Shown: in pieces, positions 1-16,169 of the stretch
How positions within the stretch are numbered: position 1 is the first letter of the stretch
Layout: each line of letters begins with the position of its first letter
From: the human T2T-CHM13v2.0 reference genome, Homo sapiens
Length of the DNA stretch: 64,000 nt
Assembly: GCF_009914755.1 (NCBI RefSeq)
Contig: NC_060938.1
Direction: 5' to 3' (one strand)
The notes under the pieces: generated by a model
Told to the model about the DNA's origin: nothing
Databases searched by the model: none
Seen by the model: only the letters and a program-made list of their open reading frames with translations
Position numbers and translations under genes: made by a program

Positions 1-551
1 AGAATAAAACTAAATTTCAACATGTATAGCTCTCAACTGCTAATTGTTATTCTACAAAGTGACTCAACCTCCTTTTAAGAGCATTTAACAAAATATTTTG
101 TCACTTAATGGTTGTGCCTAGCAAAGGACCCAGAGTTTGTATTAGAATGGGCTTGCTAATTATAGGTCCTGGAATTTGATGTTTCTAAACGTTGTTTCTA
201 TTAGCTTGAGAAAAATACAGTTTTATATTTTGTTAGATTAAAAAAGTGCAGTGTTTCCCTTGGTCTTGGCACTCAGAATCACTATTATTATAGGTCCACA
301 GGTGGCAATTGCCTCCTACATAGGTAATCTTTGATTCATCGCTTTCTTAAATTTAATTTATAACGAGCTTTTGCTAGATTTTTCCTTGCAATCATTGTCA
401 CTTTTGCCTTTGCCTACTTAGACTACACCTGAATAATTTCATGCCCAAGCTTTTTTTGCTACTTTGTTTACTTGTCTTCTCCATCCTTACTTCTCTTAAG
501 ATTCCTGAAACTTTATTTTCACCCTCTGATTCAGCCATCAATAGTATTTAA

Positions 552-955
<404 letters not shown>

Positions 956-1009
956 CTGTTTCTAGTTTAGTATTTCACCAATCATCTTTTTGCTTCCCAG
1001 TTTCATTCA

Positions 1010-1570
1010 TATTTGTGTCACTGGTATACTGCTTCACACATAGTAAGCGCTCAACAAATATTTGTTACACTGAATTGACTATTTTGTGCACTCCCAAAAT
1101 AGATTGTTCAATATTCCATGGACACACCCAACAATTTCCCACTTCAGTGCTTTCTCATGTCGTCATTTCCTCCTGGACTACTCCATCTCTGCCTATCCCA
1201 TTTTTATTGAGGCTTCACATCATAATTTAAGTAACAGCTATTCTATTAATCCTTTTCTAATCTTGTCCGTTAGAAGTGATCTCACTATGTAAAATTCCTA
1301 CCATAGTTATTCACAGTGGCTCTCTTGCAATACATACCTCATGCCTTCTAGTCCAATAGTTCTATGAATATGTGTCTTAACTCCCCTACTAGTGCTTCTG
1401 TTCTTTATGTATAGCAAGACTTTAGTAAATATATGTCCACAAATGAATAAACAAAGTTAACACTAGATTGAAAGTTTATTCAGATGTACAGTGTCTCCTG
1501 CACAATGTTTTTTTGTGTGCATTGCATATAATAAGAACTCATTGATAAATGTGTAAATGAATGAATGATT
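1010..1570 (+). mobile_element. L2 3'-end fragments
   Basis: CACATAGTAAGCGCTCAACAAATATTTG and AATGAATGAATGA are typical L2 3' termini. Confidence 0.55.
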
Positions 1571-2297
1571 TTAGATGACATGAACCTAGTCCAGCATGTA
1601 GGTTAGTTATTTACACGGATGTGGGTCAAAATGGTGTCTCCATATAATAAAGCAAATATATCACCTACCAAAAAAATTTCTTTTTTTTTTAGACCTACAG
1701 TGTTCATATTTGAAAACTATCATTGGAAACATTTGTTTGGATTTTACCTTTCTTAAAATTTAGAATTAAAAAAAAAACTTAGGAAATAGTATCATTATCC
1801 ACTGTTCATTGCAGCATTATTCTTAGAATGAAAAAATAAAATATTTTCCGTGGTTGCTTTGTTTGGTCTGCATATCATTGGAAAAAATATATTAAATTCA
1901 TTGCCAAAATGAGATCTAGGAGATCTGGCAATGTGGGACGCTTAGGATTATAGTATGACATGTTTATTATTCAGGGTTCTTCAGAGAAAGAGAACCAATA
2001 GACTGTATATAAATAGGGCAAGAGATTCATTTTAAGAAGTTGGCTCAAACAATTGTGGGGCCTGGCAAGTCTGAAAATCTCAGAGCAAGCCATCGGGCTG
2101 GAAAACCAGTGAAGGGCTGATGTTGTACTTTTTAAAATTTTTTATTTTTGACTCAGGGTCTCGCTCTGTTTCCTAGGCTGGAGTGCAGTGGTGCAATCAT
2201 AGCTCACTGCAGCCTCAAACTCCCATGCTGAAATGATCCTCCTGCCTCAGCCTCCTGAGTAGCTAGGACTACAGGCACATGCCACCATGCCTAATTT

Positions 2298-3540
<1,243 letters not shown>

Positions 3541-3644
3541 AAAATATGGAATGCTTCACGAATTTGTCTGTCATCCTTGCATAGGAGCCATGCTAATCTT
3601 CTCTGTATGGTTCTAATTTTAGTATATGTACCCAAGGTGAGCAC
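3541..3644 (-). pseudogene. U6 snRNA retropseudogene (RNU6-P type), full length, fused 5' of an L1 fragment
   Basis: Reverse complement GTGCTCACCTTGGGTACATATACTAAAATTAGAACCATACAGAGAAGATTAGCATGGCTCCTATGCAAGGATGACAGACAAATTCGTGAAGCATTCCATATTTT aligns end to end with U6. The ACAGAGA box is retained. Confidence 0.97.
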
Positions 3645-4229
3645 TAATTTAAAAAAAAAATAGAGGCAAGGTCTCACTATGTTGCCCAGGCTAGTCTTGA
3701 ACTCCTGAGCTCAAGCAATCCTGTCGCCTCGACTTCCCAGTGTTGGGATTACAGGTGTGAGCCACCGTACTTAGCAGATGTTGTGGCCTTGAGTCTCAAG
3801 ATGCAGAATTTCTTCTTCCTTAGGGGATCTCTGTCTTCCACTGATTGGATAAGGTCTACTCATAATTATAGAGGCCGTCTGTTGTGCTCAAAGTCTACTG
3901 ATTAAACATGTTAATCACAGCAAAAAAAAAAAAAAAACAAAATACCTTCACAGCAACATCTAGATTGCTGTTTGATCAAATATCTCATTACCGTAGCCTA
4001 GCCAAGTTGACACATAAAATTAACCATCACACGTGCATTTCAACAATTGACTAGGGCCAGGTAAAAATTACCCTCTCTAAAAGGGGCATGCACTTGCCAT
4101 TTCACCACACTTTCTATTCCACCTACTTTGTGAATTTAAAGTCATCTTCCTCAACCCTGTAGGTATTTAATTTTATGACCCCAGATGTATGTTGTGATAT
4201 TACTTATAAAATGGATGTTTGTACACGTA

Positions 4230-4670
4230 TACATATACTCTGGCCCCTGGCTACCTCTCTAACCTTATTTCTTAACATGTTTCTACTCTTGGTTCACTCC
4301 AGCCACACTAGGTTCCTTAATAACTCAAATATTCTAGGTGTGCTCCCATCCCAGGGCCCTGCCATGTGTTTTCTCTGCCTGGAGTGTTCTACCCCCAGAA
4401 TGTCACATGAGTCTGTTCCTTTACTTTGTTCAACTTCCTGCTTCAATGTCACAAGATCACACTATCTAAAATAGTGTACCCTCTTACTACATCACTCTAT
4501 TTGTTACCCTCCTTTATTATTATTTTTTTTCATAATAGACATGCTTACATGACACTATACTGTATTAGTGGATTGTCCTTTAGGATTTTTTTTTTTAACC
4601 GCTGAATCTTATACCTGAATCAGTGCTTGGCATGTCTCTGATGCTCAATAAGTGTTTTGAATGAATGAGT
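4230..4670 (+). mobile_element. L2 3' fragment
   Basis: CACTCCAGCCACAC...CCAGGGCCCTGCC...CTGCCTGGAGTG, ending GCTCAATAAGTGTTTTGAATGAATGA. Confidence 0.7.
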
Positions 4671-6689
4671 ATGTATTAAATATACGTGTATGCTTAAACA
4701 TTGTGATACATTAGAAACTTAACAGCAGGTTGCCTGGGAAGTGAGACTGAGTCTAGCAGTCAGATTTCTTATATCCATGGTGAGTGAGAGAAGGGGACAT
4801 TTTAACTTTCATTTCATACCCTAATAAAGTGTTTGAATTTAAAAATTTTTTATGTACATGTATTACTTTTGTATATTATAGCAATGAGTTTGTAAGTTTT
4901 GAAAAGACTCATGCATGGTAACCTGCACAAATTAAGCTTAATGCTTAGAAATGATAATGAAAAACTGATCTATGTTTTGGTATATGTATATTTATGACAA
5001 TGTGGTTAATTTTTTTAAAATAGATTTTATTAGTGTTGTGCTTTACAAAAGGCAGGATTTATAAGGGAATTAAATTCCAGAGTAGACTTTATTCACCTGT
5101 GTTATGGAAAATATACATATAAATGATATCTTCACTTGCATTTTATGTTTGCCAAATATTTTTAACTGTTTTTGAAGGTATTTTACATGGCACTAATTCA
5201 AGCAGTTTTTAAAAGTAAAATAAGATGTTAAAAAAAATACTACCAACTTTAAAAGAACTATTAACCTGACATTCTTCTTCCACTTGATACAGAAGCAGGA
5301 TTCTGTGACTGGTTAGAGATGAAGAGGGTGCCTTTTTAAAATAATTCAATCCTGTGAACACCAGCTATAGTCAGAAATGATAAGGAGAGGAGAGAATTCC
5401 TTCATATTTCAATAAATTTCACTCAGTTTAATTAGGTTTATTTAGTATATTTTAATTATAGATGTTTTCTTTTTCTTTCCATGACACATGCATTAGTAAA
5501 TGAATTAAAGATTTTTATTGAATCTAAACTAGTTAAAAATATTTGGCAAATGAAAATAATAGCTAATAATTGAAGACCTTTGTTCAGGAACATTCTGATT
5601 CATTAATTGCAAAAACAATAAATGTTAAACATACAGTACAAGATCTAATAAACTGAGATCTTTAAGCTAGTTTTGATTTCTATAAACTTTCTAATGCCAC
5701 TGCTGTCATAAAAAGCTTAGTAAATATTGACTGAGGATGATGATGACGATCCGTCAGTATTTTTAAGACTGGGTGGCACTGGCAGTACAGTCAGATATCC
5801 GGGACTTAACATTGTTATTTTGCCATGAGGCCCTTCCACCTGGCCCTATCCCAAAATGATGAATGTTTACCTATAGTTAGGTATTTAAATGTGTAAATAT
5901 TCCAGATTCAATTATATGTGAGGTAGCTAGAGTTTTCATTCCTTAAATCATGAACTAGTTCTCTAAAGTTTAAATGATTTACAAGTCTGCAAGGGTCAAA
6001 ATTGACTTGACTGAATGTTTTCCCCATAATTCCAAAAACATTATTTTATGAGTTCAGTTCAGTATAAAAATATTATGCCCCACTGACTATTCCAAACCTA
6101 AGATGTTTATGAAATGTATGAATTTATTAAGGTTTAATTTACTATTCTGTTTAGTTGTTAAGCTTTAAATGTTGTTGTACAGTATGTCTTGTTCTCTTTA
6201 GGCTTAAAAGGGTTTTATGACAATCAGTATTCTATTAATGTAGTTCCAGTTATTCCCCAAAAATATCTTCTAAAACTTCCTGGTTCTGATTGAATCACAA
6301 CTGAACAATATTCAGTTACTATGTAAAGCAATCAAGAAGTTCAAAAGCCTAGGGATAGGGACTGGCTTTTTAGTTTAGTTTTATTCAATGTTAATCTGAT
6401 AAAGATTTTCATTTATTTTAACCCATGGAAAGTTTAGTTGTCCTATCAAGCTTGGTTAGTTGTTCTAAACTATAAAAAATAAAATTTTTGAAAAAATTAC
6501 ATGAAAAAAGGTGAAAATTGAGATTTTGTCCTAGAAAGTTGGACGCACTGTTCACTTAAATTATAATTAATAATGAAGAAAATGTCATATATTTCTAAAT
6601 CTACTTTCATTAGGTCTTCCTTCACCTTTTCACTTGTAAAACTTTTGTTTTCCATTCATTCTTTTGTATGATACAGTGTTTTAATTCAG

Positions 6690-6925
6690 AGCTAACACCA
6701 CAGTAAGACAGATGGTGCAGGTTCTGCCTTTCCAGCTGAGTGACCATCAACGGGTAATTAACCTCTCAAAGCCTCAATTTCCTGACCTGCAAAGTAAGAA
6801 TTGTAATTATACCTGCCTCATATCATTGTTTTAGAATAACCAAATCAAATAATGCATGTACAATGCTTTATACAGTACTTGGGTACACTTAGGAATGTAA
6901 TGAAGGTAACCCATTATTATTATAA
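6690..6925 (+). mobile_element. MIR
   Basis: MIR core-like AGCTGAGTGACC...TAACCTCTCAAAGCCTCAATTTCCTGACCTGCAAA...TACCTGCCTCAT. Confidence 0.75.
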
Positions 6926-7429
6926 TCCCAATGTTGAGTTTTTATTGTTATCATTAGCTCTTTTTTGAGATTCTGTTAATACATTTATAACTTTTTTTTA
7001 GCTTTTTAGGCATTAAACGCAATATTTTGTGAACACAATATGCAATCATTTGATTTTTCTTTAGGAACAAGTTTTCGCTGTAGTTAAGATGGTTGATTTT
7101 TTTCTTGTGAGGCATTTAAAAAAATATTTTGTGAAAATGGCATGCTTGAACTTAGATTTGGCCCTTTTTGATTAACAGTTTGTTTTCAGGAGTTGTTTAT
7201 TCACACAGCAACATTTTAGTGTTCAAAAATATATTGAGAAATTCAAATCTAATAATCTTCATCACTTGTCCCCTAACCTATGAAAAACATGTTTTCCAAA
7301 GAGTACAAATTCAAAGTATAACATTTTCTTCAATGTTTTGTGTTAAAACTGTTACCCTAGAAAATACAGATATAATTTTTAAAGCTACGTTTGTAATTCC
7401 TTCTGTCTTATATCTTGGAGTTCAATACA

Positions 7430-7535
7430 TATGTTATCTTATTTAATCCCTTCAACATCCTTGTAAGGCATCATCCCTTTTTGGAGAGGAGAAAACTGAA
7501 ACAGAGAGAAAACTAACATCCCCTAGGTTACATTA
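7430..7535 (-). mobile_element. MIR fragment
   Basis: ATTTAATCCCTTCAACATCCTTGTAAGG...GAGAAAACTGAAACAGAG. Confidence 0.55.
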
Positions 7536-8079
7536 AGGCCATCGACAGTGGCATAAATATTATCTAATCCTCCTGATAGCTGGGCCTTTTACTTTGCTAC
7601 TGGACCCCTTCCTCTACTCATGCCTCCCTCAGAAATACAGCTGAAGCAAAACTGGTACTTCAGCATTATTTCCCTAATTTGGATATGCTTGACATGTTTA
7701 TTGCACAAAACACATCACTGAGACCATGTTAAAGGCAGGTTAACACAGTAAAAGAATCTGACCTGCTTTGGAGTTTAACAGTCTTTGTCTGTGTTCAACC
7801 AAACTGCACAAATTACAACCACAGTTGATGTCTGGATTTATAAATACACGCCCTTTGATTTTTTTTGAACCTTTAAGCTCTAGCATTATATCATATGTTA
7901 GGCTACAAAAACTAAATACTGTGCCTAACAGCAATTTTATCCATACAATCATAACAGTTTATGTTTATTAGTATGTTGTGGTATTAATATTGTTGTTTTA
8001 TCTGTGCTGTAGCACAATCACTAACGTAACAACAATCATATTTAGTAGTAACCATTAACCAAATAGCTATTTTGAGTTG

Positions 8080-8430
8080 TATATGAATTTATTAAGAGCC
8101 TACTGTGTACTAAAGACTTTTGTGAAACATAGAGTTAACAGAGGATAAGATGCAATTGCTACCTTCAAATAGATTATAATTAACTGGAGAGAAAAAATAT
8201 ATACTAAAAATGAACATACGTTACTATGTGCTGTTAAATGAAATAATTGGACACTTCCATGGCAAGTCACAGAAGGGAGAGATTCTTCTAAGCTTGAATA
8301 AATTTCACAAGATTTTATGGAATACTTGAGAATTGAAGTATATGAACCAATAAGATTCTGATAGAGAGGAGGAGGAAGAGGGCATTCTAGCCTGGAAGAA
8401 CAGAATAAGCAAAAGTGGAGGTTTAATGAA
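8080..8430 (-). mobile_element. L2 fragment
   Basis: TTTATTAAGAGCCTACTGTGTAC...GGGCATTCTAG...AGAACAGAATAAGCAAAAG. Confidence 0.55.
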
Positions 8431-8915
8431 CATATTGTGTTATATTATGCAATTGAGAGAAAATTGCTGGAATTTTATTGTTAACATGTATTTAGTTTTT
8501 ATTCTGTGTTTCCTGGAGAGCCTTGGGAATATAGAGCTTATTTTTTGAAGCATTAAAAATTAAACTTATACTCAAAAGAAATACTTCAATACTTTATATA
8601 AAATTTAAAGCATCTTAAAAGCCTAAATACATTTTTGAAAAGCTTATGGAGAATTTTGGACATATACAACAGCCTACAGAATGAACTCTACACGTACGCA
8701 TCACTTGCCCCTGAAAACGTCAACCCCTGGTCAATCAAATTTCATCCACAGTCTCGTGCACATACCCCCACTCTCTGGTATTATTTTAAAGTAAATCACA
8801 TGTACAATGTTACTTTACTTATAAATATTTCAGTAAGTATCATCTAAAAGATGAGGACTCTTATTTTAGCATAACCACAATACCATTAACATACTTAAAA
8901 ACAATTTAACAATAA

Positions 8916-9215
<300 letters not shown>

Positions 9216-9344
9216 TACAAATAATTTCTTAATATCATCAAATATCCACTCAGTGTTAAAACTTCCAATTGTTTCATGTCATAATGTCTAATTTGTTTTA
9301 ATCAAGATTTAAATAAAATCCACACATTGCAATTGACTTATATA

Positions 9345-11156
9345 CATTTTTATTATATAAACTTATGTGGCACAAGTACAGTTTCATTACATGCGCAAAT
9401 TAAGTGAGGATCAGATAAGGACTTTTAGGGTATCCATCACCTGAATAATGTACATTGTAGCCATTAAGTAATTTATCATTATCTACCCCCTTTGTACCCC
9501 CTCACCTTTCTCAGTCTCTATTGTCTATCATTCCACTCTCTATGTCCATGGGTACACATTTTTTAGCACCCAGTTATGAATGAGAACATGCAGTATTTGT
9601 CTTTCTGTGTCTGGCTTCTTTCACTTAAGATAATGACTTCCGGTTCCATTCGTGTTGCTACAAAAAACATGATTTCATTCTTTTTTATAGCTGAGTAGTA
9701 TTCTATTGTGTATATATGCCCTATTTTCTTTATCCAGTTATCTATGATGGACACATAGGTTGACTCCACATCTTTGCCATTGTGGATTGTGCTGTGATAA
9801 ACATACGAGTGCAATGTAATGATTTCTTTTCCTTTAGGTAGGTACCAAGTAGTAGTATTGCTGGATCAAATAGTAGTTCTGTCTTAAGTTCTTTGAGAAA
9901 TCTCCATACTGTTTTCCACAGAGGTTGTCCTAATTTACATTCCCACCAATAGTATATGAGTTCGTTTATGTCTGCCAATTCACCAACATGTTATTTTCTG
10001 ACTTTCTAATAATGGCCATTCTGAGTGGTGTCAATGAGGATGTCTCATTGAAATTTTAATTTGCATTTCTCTGATGAGTGGTGATGTTGAGCATTTCTTC
10101 ATATACCTATTGGCTATTTGTGTGTCTTTTGAAAAAATGTCTATTCTTATCAACTGCCACTTTGTAATGGGATTATTTGGTTTTGCTGTTGTTATGTGAG
10201 TTTCTTGCCCTTGCCAGATGCATATTTTTCAAATATTTTCTCCCATTCTTCAGGTTGTCTGTTCACTTTGTCAATTATTTATTGTGTTGTGTAGAAGCTT
10301 TTTAGTTTAATCAAGTCCCATTTGTCTATGTTGTTGTTGTTGTTTGTGCTTTTGAGATCTTAGTCATGAATTATTTGCCTAGACCAATGAACAGAAGAGT
10401 TTTCCCTAGGATTTCTTCTAGGATTTTTATAGTTTTAGGTCTTATATTTAAGTATTTAATCCATCTTAAGTTAATTTTTCTATACGGTGAGAGATAAGGG
10501 TTCAGTTTCTTCTGCATATGGCAATCCAATTTTCCCAGCACCATTTATTAAAAAGGGCGTCTCTTCTCCAGTGTATGTTATTGTCAATTTTGTCAAAGAT
10601 CAGTTGGCTGTAAATATGTGGCTTTCTTTCTGGGTTTTCTATTCTGTTCCATTGATCTGTGTGTCTATTTTTGTACCTGTGGCATGCTGTTTTCGTTACT
10701 ATAGCCTCGTAGTATAATTTGAAGTCAAGTAACATAATGTACTGTAAAAAGCCTCTAGTTTTGTTTTGTTTTCTGTTTTTTGGGGTTTTTTGCTTAGGAT
10801 TACTTTAGTTATTCATACTCTCTTTTGGTTTCATAAAAATTTTAGGATTGTTTTTCCCAATTCTATGAAAAATGACGTTGGTGTTTTCATAGGGCCTGCT
10901 TTGAATCTGCAGATTTCTTTGGGTAGCATGGTCATTTTAATAATATTAATTCTTCTGATCAATGAGCATGGGATGTTTTTCCATTTGTTTCTGTCAGCTA
11001 CAGTATCTTTAATCTGTGTTTTGTAATTCCCCTTGTAGAGATCTTGACCACCTAATATGCTGGGATTGCAGGTGTGAGCCACCATGCCCCACCACTGTGG
11101 ATTTTTCATAGATGACCTTTTGTAGGTTGAAAAAGTTTCCTTCTCTTTCTACTTTG

Positions 11157-11199
<43 letters not shown>

Positions 11200-11670
11200 T
11201 ATTGTAAATGGAATTGCATTCTGGAATTGGCTGTCAGCTGAATGTTATTGTTGTACAGAAATGCTACTGATTGTTGTATATTGATTTTGTATCCTGACAC
11301 TTTAGTGAAGTTGTTTATTACTTCCAGGAGCCTTTTCACAGAGTCTTTAGGGTATTTTAGGTATAAAATCATATTGTCAACAAAGAGAGATGGTTTGACT
11401 TCTTCTTTTCCTATTAAAATGTCTTTTGTTTCTTTCTCTTGCCTGATTGCTCTGACTAGGACTTCCAGGACAATGTTGAATAAGAATGATGAGTGGACAT
11501 CCTTGTGTTGTTCCAGTTTTCAAGGGGAATGATTCCAATTTTTGCCCATTCGGTATGATGTTGGCTGGGGTTTGTCATAGATGGCTCTTATTATCTTGAG
11601 TTATGTTCCTTTGATGCCTAGTTTGTTAAGGTTTTTTATCCTGAAGGGATGTTGAATTTTATCAAGAGCT
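9345..11670 (-). mobile_element. L1MA-like 3' portion (3'UTR plus decayed ORF2)
   Basis: Peptides [17 protein letters not shown]...[16 protein letters not shown] and WKNIPCSLIRRINIIKM, with an L1MA-type 3'UTR. Confidence 0.88.
11158..11197 (+). repeat. (TG)n microsatellite, about 20 units
   Basis: Read directly from the sequence. Confidence 0.97.
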
Positions 11671-11673
11671 TAT

Positions 11674-11750
11674 TAAACCTGCACATGTACCCCCGAATCT
11701 AAAATAAAAGCTGAAATTATAAAAATAAATAAATAAATAAAAAATTTAAA
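11674..11750 (+). mobile_element. Short L1P 3' tail
   Basis: AAACCTGCACATGTACCCCCGAATCTAAAATAAAAG followed by an A-rich tail. Confidence 0.75.
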
Positions 11751-12289
11751 AAATTGTTACTGAAGGTACCATAAAAAAAAGAAGAAAATAACCTTTACAA
11801 TAGCATCAAAAAGAATAAAATACTTTGGGATAAATGTAAGAAAAGATTATTCCAAGAACTTGCACTTTGAAAATAACAAAACATTGTTAAAGAAATTAAA
11901 GAAGATCTAAATAAATGGAAAAACATCTGTGTTCATGGATCAGAAGACTTTATTTATACTGTTAAGATAAGAATCTACAAATTCAACATAATTTCTATCA
12001 GAATGCTAGTTAACTTCTTTGTAGAAATTGAATTCTAATTCTCAAATTCATATGGAAATGAAAGAAATCCAGAATAGCCAAACTGATCTTGAAAAAAGAG
12101 CAAAGGAGGCAGACTCAAACCTCTTGATTTCACAACTTACTGCAAAGCTACACTAATCAAAACAGTGTGATATTAGCATAAGAATAGACATCTTGAAATT
12201 TAGTAGAATTGGGAGTCTAGAAATAAACCCATAGTGGTCATAAAAAGAAATAGAAACTGAACAGTGCAATATCCATTAAAGAAATTGAA

Positions 12290-12584
<295 letters not shown>

Positions 12585-13743
12585 TTAAAACATTTTGCAG
12601 AGAAACTTCAGGCCCAAGTGTCTTCATGGTGAGTCTTGCCAACCATATAAGAAAGACATAATAACAGTCTTAACACAAACATTTTCAGAACATAAAAGAG
12701 GATGGAATTCTTCCCAACTCAGTCAATAACATCTGTTTTACATTAGTATGAAAACTAGATGAGGGCATTACAAGAAATGAAAACTCAGGCCAAAGTCCTT
12801 CATGATGATAGGCTCAAAAAAAAAAAAAAAAACCTCTACAAAAACTAGCAAACCAAATCCAACAGCATATATAAAGGGTACTGCAGCGCAAAGGGTGGCA
12901 ATGCAAGGTTGGTTTAACATTTGAAAATCAATGTAATTTACCATGTTAACAGAATAAGGAAGAGAAAATAATCATTTCAGTGGATGCAGAAAAAGCATGT
13001 GATGAAATTCAAAACCCATTCAGTTGTTCAGTCTGACTGATAAAGAACATCAGGAGGAAATTTACAGCTATTATATTTAATGACAAAGGCTATGATTTCT
13101 ATGTAAGGTCAAGAACAAAGCAAGGATGATCTTCCCACTTGAACTTTCTGAAGGAACCCATAATTATTAAAAATTGGAAAAATAAAACTGCTTTTATTTG
13201 CAGATGATATGTTGTACACAACCTAAGGATTCCTAAGGATTCTTTAAAAGAAACTGAACTTTTAAATTTCATTTTCTAATTGTTCATTGCTAATATATGG
13301 AAATACAATTGATTTTTACATATTGATCTGAATTAACTTATTCTAGTAGCTTTTTAAAGGTTGCGTACAAAATTATGAGAAATTTAAGGATGAATTTAAC
13401 ACTGTACTCTGAAAACTACAGATTGCTGAAAACAATTATGGAAGACCCATGTAAACGGAGAATTACATAGTGTTCATAAATGGGAACACTCAATATTTCT
13501 GTGATATCAATTCTCTCCAAATTGATCTGCAGGCTATATATTACCCTAATAAGAATTACATTTGTCTTTACTGTAGATATTGACAAGGTAATTCTAAAAT
13601 TTATATAAAAATGCAAATGATTAGAATTGCCAAGGCAGTTTTATAAAAGACACAGTTGGAGGAATACCTGATTTCAAGATATATTCTGTAAAGTCACAGA
13701 TATCAAGACACTGATATTGGTGAAAGAGTAAATGTATATATAG

Positions 13744-16169
<2,426 letters not shown>

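Noticed and set aside
277-323. Plus-strand micro-exon ITIIIGPQVAIASYI, and similar candidates at 20624 and 25092-25175
   Set aside because: Splice signals are weak or only one-sided, and they join into no recognisable protein. The host gene cannot be named.
3541-3644. Functional U6 gene
   Set aside because: Multiple substitutions and a damaged 5' stem; the upstream sequence is Alu, with no PSE/TATA promoter.
5737-6014. C/D box snoRNA or SECIS element
   Set aside because: ATGATGA motifs are present, but there is no suitably placed CTGA with a terminal stem and no SECIS quartet with an AA loop.
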